NCBI GenBank assembly: GCA_963771075.1
Contig: CAVYSE010000013.1
Location: 1-14,339, forward strand
Source: a candidate division FCPU426 bacterium
GTDB taxonomy: Bacteria > Oederibacteriota > Muellerivitia > Muellerivitales > Muellerivitaceae
Direction of reading: 5' to 3'
Length of the DNA stretch: 14,339 bases
A program made the translations under genes and the position numbers. The notes beneath the pieces were generated by a model. That model had not been told where the DNA came from, made no database searches, and was given only the letters and a program-made list of their open reading frames with translations. This document shows positions 8,161 to 14,339 of this stretch, piece after piece (position 1 is the stretch's first letter; every line of letters begins with the position of its first letter).

Positions 8161-8760
8161 ATGAACCGGGTATGCGTTTTCATTGATGGAAGCAATTTTT
8201 ACTTCGCCCTCAAACGAAACAACCGGGCAACCAGGGTGGATTATTACCAGTTAAGCCTTGCCCTGGCCGGACCCGACCGGCAACTGGTCCGCACCTATTA
8301 CTACAATGTCGCCTACGATAAAACCCAATTTCCCGACAAAGCCAAAACGCAAATGTCCTTCCTGGACTCCCTGGATCGGACCCCCTATTTGGAACTGCGT
8401 TTAGGCCGCTTGGTTTCCACATTCGATGGTAACGTTCAGGAAAGGGGCATGGACGTTTTAATTGCTTCCGATATGGTCTATTACGCCGCCCGCAAGGCCT
8501 GTGATACGGCTATTGTGGTAACAGAGGACGCTGTTTATTCCTCGGTCTTGGAGGAGGTAAAGGAATTGGGCCTGCACGTTGAAATAGCCACCTTCCAGGA
8601 CAACCAAAGCCGGGAGCTTATTCGAGCATCTGACCTCCGAATTCCCCTGGATACAGTCTTGGATCGATTCTCAACCAAAATATTCCCATCCGACGTTGAT
8701 GACAATCGCGGTGGCACGGCAGATCGGGTTGGAAAGGTTCTAAAATCGTTCATAAAGTAA
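8161..8760 (+). CDS. NYN domain protein (LabA/DUF88, PIN-like fold)
   Basis: RVCVFIDGSNFY, RTYYY, QERGMDVLIASDM and DTAIVVTED...VKELGLHVEI motifs; AAAGGA RBS. Confidence 0.9.
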   Translation: MNRVCVFIDGSNFYFALKRNNRATRVDYYQLSLALAGPDRQLVRTYYYNVAYDKTQFPDKAKTQMSFLDSLDRTPYLELRLGRLVSTFDGNVQERGMDVLIASDMVYYAARKACDTAIVVTEDAVYSSVLEEVKELGLHVEIATFQDNQSRELIRASDLRIPLDTVLDRFSTKIFPSDVDDNRGGTADRVGKVLKSFIK

Positions 8761-8776
8761 ATTGGGATGTGTGTTT

Positions 8777-9010
8777 ATGACAAAGGAATCTCTTCCCCCA
8801 GGTAGCCATGTAATCCATACCAAGACGCAGGTTATCGGTACGGTCATCAAAGAAATCGACGACTTTGTTTGCGTCAGGATCGCCAAGGACAAACCTCCGG
8901 TGGTTTGGAAAAGGGATGAACTGACTATCTGGAACGGAATGGAAGAAATTCAAAAGAGGCTCAAGCAAGGCGGGTGTATTAGGGATATCTTTCTGAAAAT
9001 GACGGATTAA
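8777..9010 (+). CDS. Small SH3/Tudor-like barrel protein
   Basis: PGSHVIHTKTQVIGTVIKE...WKRDELTIW; 16 nt downstream of the NYN stop, with GGGA upstream. The fold is inferred. Confidence 0.65.
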   Translation: MTKESLPPGSHVIHTKTQVIGTVIKEIDDFVCVRIAKDKPPVVWKRDELTIWNGMEEIQKRLKQGGCIRDIFLKMTD

Positions 9011-9047
9011 GTTTCACTTACAACTTGCTTATTTTTAACCTTTACCG

Positions 9048-11408
9048 TCAATTGAGTTTACTGTTCACCATCTCTTCGATCTCCCTGATAAAGGTCTTCT
9101 GCTTTTCGTTCCCCGGACGAATAAAGAATAGTTGTTTCCGTGCCCTAGTGATCGCCACGTACATCAAGCGCCTTTCCTCGGCATTCTGAAAGTTTTCCCT
9201 CGGGGCAGCAACCAAATCTAAAACAGGGTCGTCTTCAATAACGCTCGGGAAGCTATTCTTCTTGGGCGGTATGATAAAAACATAATCCGCTTCCAACCCT
9301 TTTGATTTATGGATGGTCATATATTCAATTTTCAGGCTTTTGAAGGTTTTTTGTAATTCGGTTAAATATACTGGGACATCTTCGTTGTAACGCCCCAAAA
9401 AGTAGACGCTGGCCCCTTTTCCTCTTTCAAACTTATCGATTGTTTCAATAAACTTTTTCACGATGCTTAGATTATGAACCCAAATGACTAGATTTTTTTT
9501 GGGGGTTTGATGAAAGCTCCTGACCGTCTTTGATCGTTGATGAGGATTCTTTTCTATAAACTTTTTCCCTAAATCGACCACATTCGGGTATGACCGGTAG
9601 TTGACCCCTATTTCCACCACCTTATTGTTTGGAAACCTTTTTTCAAAATTTTGGATCATTCCTACGTCGCTACCATTAAACCGGTAGATGGATTGCCAGT
9701 CATCACCGACGAAAAATAGATGGCAATTATCGTTTTTATCCCCAATAGCCCGGATTAACTTAATAGCTCCCTGGGCCGTATCCTGGAACTCATCGACAAT
9801 GATGTAACGAAACCTCAAACCCAATACCGGGAAAGCCTGATTAACGTATTGTAGGGATTTATTCAGCATATCGCCAAAATCAATTTGTCCCTCCGACTCA
9901 ATGGATGATTGGTAGGAATCGTAAAAGATCCTGAAAATTTTGAGGAAAGCTAGGTTACGCAACCTGTAGATGCTCGGCCCGTCCTGTGCCCTTACCGTTA
10001 AATCCTCAAAATTCAGGCCGCTGGTCTTAAAAAGGTCCGCAAACTTCCTAAGGATTTTATTCAGGAATTGGCTGACATCGCTTTTCCGGATTAGCTTATC
10101 CAGGTCAACCGGCTGTTCACTGAATTTGACCCCTTCCCCGCGAAGCATCTTTTCTAATTCTGTCTCAAGGATGCCATCGGCTTGTTGATGGCTGTATGTG
10201 CAAATTAATTTCGTATTATTGGTCTTGTGGAGCAATTCCTTCCATTTCATTCCCTCAACGTACTTTTTCTTTTCTTCATTCGTGAACCAAGGCGGAGGAT
10301 TCCCTTTTTTATCCACTCCAAAATGTTCAAGATAAATCCCATAGTCCGTCAAATAAAAATCAGGCTGGTACTGCCTTTTCTCCAGAGTTTCGGTTGGAAT
10401 TTCGTATGGCTTTTCGTATTCAAAACTCACTCCTTTTCTGAAAAGAAAATTTGCAATGACTTTTTCCTCAAGGCTTTTGACTTTATGGTTCGAAAGAGTG
10501 TAAAGGTCCCCAAGGTCCGCCACATACTCATCCCATTCTTTTTTCGTCTCAAAATCATATTTGGGAATATACGGCTTTAGGTAACCCGAGAAATAATTGA
10601 GAACCCCTTCATAGAATTCCTTATTCTTTAGGTAAAGGTCTTTAAAAATTTGAAAATCCAGGAAACCTTGGCTGTTTCGAGTAAGAGCGTCGTCCTTTTC
10701 CAACATCCGGGGTTTCTTTTTCGAACCCCGGGTGATGATTTGGTAACCCAGACTATGGATTGTACGGCATTCAACATCCCCTATCCCGTACCAGTCTTTT
10801 ACCCGACGTTTCATTTCCTCTGCGGCCTTCTTTCCGAAAGTCAAAAGCAGGATATCCCCCGGATCAACCTTCTTACATTTCACTGGGTAACCCACTTTAG
10901 CCGCGATCACAGCCGTTTTACCGCTTCCGGCACCCGCCAAGACAAGGGTGTTGTCCTCGTCGCATATAACCGCCCGGCGTTGGTCATCATCCAAGGGGTT
11001 TGAACCGGACTTATCAAAAAAGTTCTTAAAGTTGGTTAATTCATGGCTAACGAAGGTTTGGTTGTAGGAGTCTCTTGGTTGTAGTTCATCATTGCAAAGG
11101 GAACCGAATTGTTTCCACTTCTTCATCAGTTCAGGTTCAAAATTGAAATCAGCCAACAAATCAAAACCTTTTTCAATAACAACCACCGTTTTGCTTAACC
11201 AAACCTGGGCTTTCTTTTGATTAAAATATCCAGCGCCAAATTCCTGGTAACCATTAAATTCATTAATCAGGGATTCCATTTCGGCTTGAAAAGCTTTGCC
11301 TTTTCCAGGCTCCAATTTTCTTTTGAGAAAATTCGGTTTGAATTTACGGAACAATCTTGCGAAGAAATCCCACAAATGGCCTTCATTTTTTTTGGACCTA
11401 TCCATCAA
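9048..11408 (-). CDS. UvrD/helicase IV-like SF1 DNA helicase with an inserted PD-(D/E)XK-like nuclease domain
   Basis: Q motif LDDDQRRAV, Walker A LAGAGSGKT, RTIHSLG, Walker B IIVDEFQD, VGDDWQSIYRFNG, NYRS, MTIHKSKGLE and EERRLMYVAITRAR. Insert: KSLEEKVIANFL...YEKPY...YQPDFYL...IYLEHFG. Confidence 0.93.
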   Translation of the reverse strand: MMDRSKKNEGHLWDFFARLFRKFKPNFLKRKLEPGKGKAFQAEMESLINEFNGYQEFGAGYFNQKKAQVWLSKTVVVIEKGFDLLADFNFEPELMKKWKQFGSLCNDELQPRDSYNQTFVSHELTNFKNFFDKSGSNPLDDDQRRAVICDEDNTLVLAGAGSGKTAVIAAKVGYPVKCKKVDPGDILLLTFGKKAAEEMKRRVKDWYGIGDVECRTIHSLGYQIITRGSKKKPRMLEKDDALTRNSQGFLDFQIFKDLYLKNKEFYEGVLNYFSGYLKPYIPKYDFETKKEWDEYVADLGDLYTLSNHKVKSLEEKVIANFLFRKGVSFEYEKPYEIPTETLEKRQYQPDFYLTDYGIYLEHFGVDKKGNPPPWFTNEEKKKYVEGMKWKELLHKTNNTKLICTYSHQQADGILETELEKMLRGEGVKFSEQPVDLDKLIRKSDVSQFLNKILRKFADLFKTSGLNFEDLTVRAQDGPSIYRLRNLAFLKIFRIFYDSYQSSIESEGQIDFGDMLNKSLQYVNQAFPVLGLRFRYIIVDEFQDTAQGAIKLIRAIGDKNDNCHLFFVGDDWQSIYRFNGSDVGMIQNFEKRFPNNKVVEIGVNYRSYPNVVDLGKKFIEKNPHQRSKTVRSFHQTPKKNLVIWVHNLSIVKKFIETIDKFERGKGASVYFLGRYNEDVPVYLTELQKTFKSLKIEYMTIHKSKGLEADYVFIIPPKKNSFPSVIEDDPVLDLVAAPRENFQNAEERRLMYVAITRARKQLFFIRPGNEKQKTFIREIEEMVNSKLN

Positions 11409-11569
11409 TAACCAATCTTATGAATTTTGGCGCACGGTTTTTTCAACTTTTAATCTCACTCACGGTTTCCATTCTCCTTTTTACTTTTTGGAGTTTTGAT
11501 GGCTTGAAGCCAACAAAGTCAGAAGAACGAATTTCGTTTTAATATCCTTTTTCTTATTCATTTCATTCA

Positions 11570-12050
11570 TCACCTTGGCTCAAATAGCTTTCTCAATTTT
11601 TCAATGTAATCCACCGGCAAATGATGTTCCACCGCTCCTGTTAAAATGACGTTTAGATAGTCTCTGCTGGGCCTATAGATTCCCTTTTTTATAACCTCGT
11701 AGGTAATAACATCGGATACCGATTTCTCACCCACCAGAATTTCAACCCGAAATTGCCTATAAACACCCGAGGGGACCCCCTCTTTTATGTCAATGTTATC
11801 TAAAGACCTTTTGTCCGTTTCAAATAAAACTCCCCAGACCGTCTCATTTATTCTTCTCACAATATCGGCGACCCCTCCGTTGCGGCGGTTTGATTTGTGA
11901 GTAAACGCCAATTGAAAATCTTTCAAGATGGCAACTTTAGGGTTGTTGAGGCTGATTTTGGAATGGTTTTCAACACACCATTTTCCCCAGGTCTTCCGAA
12001 TTCATATTTGAGCCATACGCGAAATAAAGGAAGGAATTGGATTGGTTCAT
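11570..12050 (-). pseudogene. Gamma-glutamylcyclotransferase (GGCT/AIG2-like), one frameshift (real or sequencing error)
   Basis: ATG 12050 gives MNQSNSFLYFAYGSNM, the GGCT signature. Removing one base from the GGGGAAAA run at 11981-11988 joins it to the ORF 11570..11926 (GVADIV...VWGVLF...DIKEGV...PSRDYL...GAVEHHLP..YI), giving 159 aa. Confidence 0.85.
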
Positions 12051-12183
12051 TTTGTTTATTCCGGGATTAATTTTTACGGATTTTACCCCTTCTCCAGAAT
12101 GGTGTGGACGGAAGAAAATCCTCCGGCTTTTGAAGAATGAATGATCCACTCATAAAAGGGGAGGTTGAAGCCCACGGACCGGG

Positions 12184-13203
12184 CTAACTATTTTTTCCGT
12201 TAATCTCAATTTGAATTTTCTCACAACCTGCCATGATCTTCCCAAAACTTGGCGGGCTTTGGATCAAACCCGCTTCCGTCATTTTTCCATAATCCGCTTC
12301 TAAATCCCTGTAAGCCTTGCCCTCGGGAACCAATTGGATCTTCCCCTTTATGGCATCAAGGTAACTGATGGGTTTCCCTTTTGAATCCTTTTCCTTGAAA
12401 AACATTCCCTTGTGACGGGCAACGCTCAGGGCCAAGTCCCTGTCCCCCAGGGCGTCCGCGAAATAAACCGTTTGTGATATTTCAACCAGGTCGTACCAAT
12501 GGCGAGAAAATCGCACGCTGGGAGCTTCCTTTTGGCGGCAATAGACATGAACCGCAGTGGCTTTCTCCCAAAAGGTTCTTTCAATGCGCATGACATTGGG
12601 TGAAGCTTCGGGAAATACCAATTCCGGCATCTTGGCTGCCATATCACAAGTGATGAGTTTCTTTTCATTCGGCTCACCGGTTGACCGCGCGCCAAACTCA
12701 AGTTGTACCGAGGGGCTAACATAATCGGAGCTTTCGGTTAAGGGCGGGTAATAGATCAGGAGTTTTTCCCCTTCCTTCCCACTGGTAGCGAGCCTGGCAT
12801 CCAGCTTGTTTTGTTTGAGGGCTTCCGAAAGGATCGGCCTGACTTTCCCGGTAATCCAACCCGGTAGGCTTTTCCTGATTATGTCGGACCATTTTTTCGC
12901 CTTGCTGGCGGTGGCGGGAATACCGTTTTCACCGGCCTTAATTTCAGGAATGAATTCGCGGATGTCGCAGGTCAGGTCGATATCCTCTGAGAACCGGTTG
13001 ATGGCGTTATAGGCTTTGGAAAGCGACGTTCCGCCCTTGAAAGTAAGTGCCGGGGCGATTGCGGATTGGAAAAGCGCCGATAGGGTCCAGACAACCCAAA
13101 CGTCCTTTTCCAGCAGGTAGGCCGGGCTTCCTATCCTTGCCGAGGCGGCTTGCAGGGCTTCCTTGCGATCCGACCTTGAAAGGGAAAAGTAGGACTCAGC
13201 CAA
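12184..13203 (-). CDS. abiEii: AbiEii/AbiGii-family nucleotidyltransferase toxin
   Basis: LEKDVWV, LTFKGGTSLSKAY..INRFSEDIDL, ERTFWEKAT and SRHWYDL motifs. The start overlaps the antitoxin stop (TTGGCTGA). Confidence 0.93.
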   Translation of the reverse strand: MAESYFSLSRSDRKEALQAASARIGSPAYLLEKDVWVVWTLSALFQSAIAPALTFKGGTSLSKAYNAINRFSEDIDLTCDIREFIPEIKAGENGIPATASKAKKWSDIIRKSLPGWITGKVRPILSEALKQNKLDARLATSGKEGEKLLIYYPPLTESSDYVSPSVQLEFGARSTGEPNEKKLITCDMAAKMPELVFPEASPNVMRIERTFWEKATAVHVYCRQKEAPSVRFSRHWYDLVEISQTVYFADALGDRDLALSVARHKGMFFKEKDSKGKPISYLDAIKGKIQLVPEGKAYRDLEADYGKMTEAGLIQSPPSFGKIMAGCEKIQIEINGKNS

Positions 13204-13780
13204 GTTGGCCGGCTTCGCCCAGCAATCGGGCGATCCATTCCGGGAATGAGGCCCTCGAAGCGACCATCACTTTCCACTCTTCCTTTGAGATTTTTTGCCG
13301 GATTTTGACAAGGGCCTCCTGCCCAGGGTATCCAGCCAAGGCCCGGACGGCCATTCCGGCAGGCCGGTTGCCCAGGACAACTGCCACCGGGGCGCGTGCC
13401 TGAAACGAATGGTTCGTTCCCGAGTTTCATGGTGCGGTTCCTGCCGGATGTGAAGAACACTTCCTCGACGGGAACCTCGGTGGTCAGGCCAAGTGCGTTG
13501 GCCGCGACCGCGCCATTCGGGGACACTTCCTCCCTTTTTTGACCGCGATGGACTGGATGACGGCTTCCGGGGAGGGGGGGCGGCTGCCAAAACGACCTAC
13601 CACGGGGGCCACATATGCGCCTCTCTCAACCCGGATCAATTTCCCGGCTTTCGTCAGGCGGGTAAAAGCCTGATCCACGGCGGCGCGGGTGTTTTTTCCC
13701 AAAAACTCCTTGGGGGACAATACGCTTCCCTCCGGCTTTGCCTTGGACGAGCTAAGAATGGATTCAATGAGGGGGCTCAT
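13196..13780 (-). pseudogene. abiEi: AbiEi-type (DUF6088-like) antitoxin, split by three single-base deletions
   Basis: Consecutive fragments in shifting frames: ...RAAVDQAFTRLTKAGKLIRVERGAY.../SPNGAVAANALGLTTEVP...FFTSGRNR/RTIRFRHAPRWQL/VLGNRPAGMAVRALA...FPEWIA. Shifts fall near 13533, 13419 and 13378. GGAG RBS upstream. Confidence 0.85.
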
Positions 13781-13795
13781 GGGAAATAACTCCTT

Positions 13796-13825
13796 ATGTC
13801 AGAATTATATGTCCTTTTCTGACAT
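13796..13825. promoter_or_regulatory. Inverted-repeat operator of the AbiE operon
   Basis: ATGTCAGAA-N12-TTCTGACAT just upstream of the antitoxin RBS. AbiEi proteins are known to autorepress through promoter inverted repeats. Confidence 0.75.
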
Positions 13826-13956
13826 CTATCAAGGAGCCATCTTTTGGGTTCCCGGAGGAAGTAATGGGTATGGGAGGGGGGGAAATCCGGTTTCCACGGA
13901 TTAAATATTCGGTTCTCATTTATTTCTTCCGCCGTCAAACCAGCCGGTACCCGTTT

Positions 13957-14259
13957 TTATCCTTCTTCCGTGGCCGATGGTTTGATTTCTACCGTATCCA
14001 TGCACACTTCTTGGAATACCTTGAGTGCCAATAGCTCCAACTCCCTAAAACCAAAAAGCGCTCCATCCCGGACCCATTCCTTCGGTGAGACCGGGGAATC
14101 TCCGGAAAGTTTGATGGTTCCCGGGTCCATAACCCAGTACTTCACCATGCTTTTGGCGGCTTCCTGAATCCGGTTAAGCTTTTCTGAAAGACCAGGCCGG
14201 AAATCCCAATCCTCAGGACGTTCGGTATGACGGATGGTGAACTTTTCATTCTCTTGCAT
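13957..14259 (-). CDS. Hypothetical protein (100 aa)
   Basis: ATG-started ORF with protein-like composition, co-oriented with its neighbours. No recognised motif. Confidence 0.55.
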   Translation of the reverse strand: MQENEKFTIRHTERPEDWDFRPGLSEKLNRIQEAAKSMVKYWVMDPGTIKLSGDSPVSPKEWVRDGALFGFRELELLALKVFQEVCMDTVEIKPSATEEG

Positions 14260-14266
14260 TGATTCA

Positions 14267-14302
14267 TGGGGAATACCGTGGAATTCCCCACTTACTTTTT
14301 TT
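14267..14302 (+). terminator. Possible intrinsic terminator or hairpin
   Basis: TGGGGAAT-accgtgga-ATTCCCCA followed by CTTAC and a T7 tract. No plus-strand gene clearly ends here. Confidence 0.3.
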
Positions 14303-14339
14303 GCGGGAACAATAAGCTCATAGGCGGCAAGGGCATTGC

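Noticed and set aside
11418..11570. Possible small Lys-rich ORF between GGCT and the helicase, starting at a TGATG overlap
   Set aside because: Stops after 29 codons; extending it needs assumed frameshifts, and no homology is recognised.
13370..13540. Programmed ribosomal frameshifting in abiEi
   Set aside because: Three consecutive shifts would be needed; indel errors or decay are simpler explanations.
1..14339. CRISPR array, integron attC array, tRNA/rRNA, or TGA recoding
   Set aside because: No regularly spaced repeats or cloverleaf-like sequence were seen by eye. The long ORFs have no internal TGA and several genes end in TGA, consistent with the standard code.
14264..14339. 3' end of an upstream minus-strand gene (...NALAAYELIVPAKKSKWGIPRYSP*)
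   Set aside because: Open to the window edge but too short to support a call.

Overview
An accessory, defence-island-like region from a bacterium using the standard genetic code; most genes are on the minus strand. From left to right it contains: a REP-like palindrome, an IS3-type inverted-repeat end and a GC-rich stem-loop; a 5'-truncated 717-aa ORF joining a ParB-like/HTH region, membrane helices and a VirB8/NTF2-like C-terminal domain; four small genes (HARE-HTH, a 58-aa protein missed by the ORF track, a membrane zinc-ribbon protein, a hypothetical protein) facing an XRE regulator across a perfect 22-bp palindrome; a 1182-aa PLD-like (HDR motif, VPA1262-like) protein; a NYN/LabA protein flanked by two small, mutually similar SH3/Tudor-like proteins; a helicase-IV/UvrD helicase with an inserted PD-(D/E)XK-like nuclease domain; a frameshifted gamma-glutamylcyclotransferase; and an AbiEii/AbiEi type IV toxin-antitoxin pair with its operator, in which the antitoxin is frameshifted three times. 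Family calls come from motif recognition only; no database searches were run.
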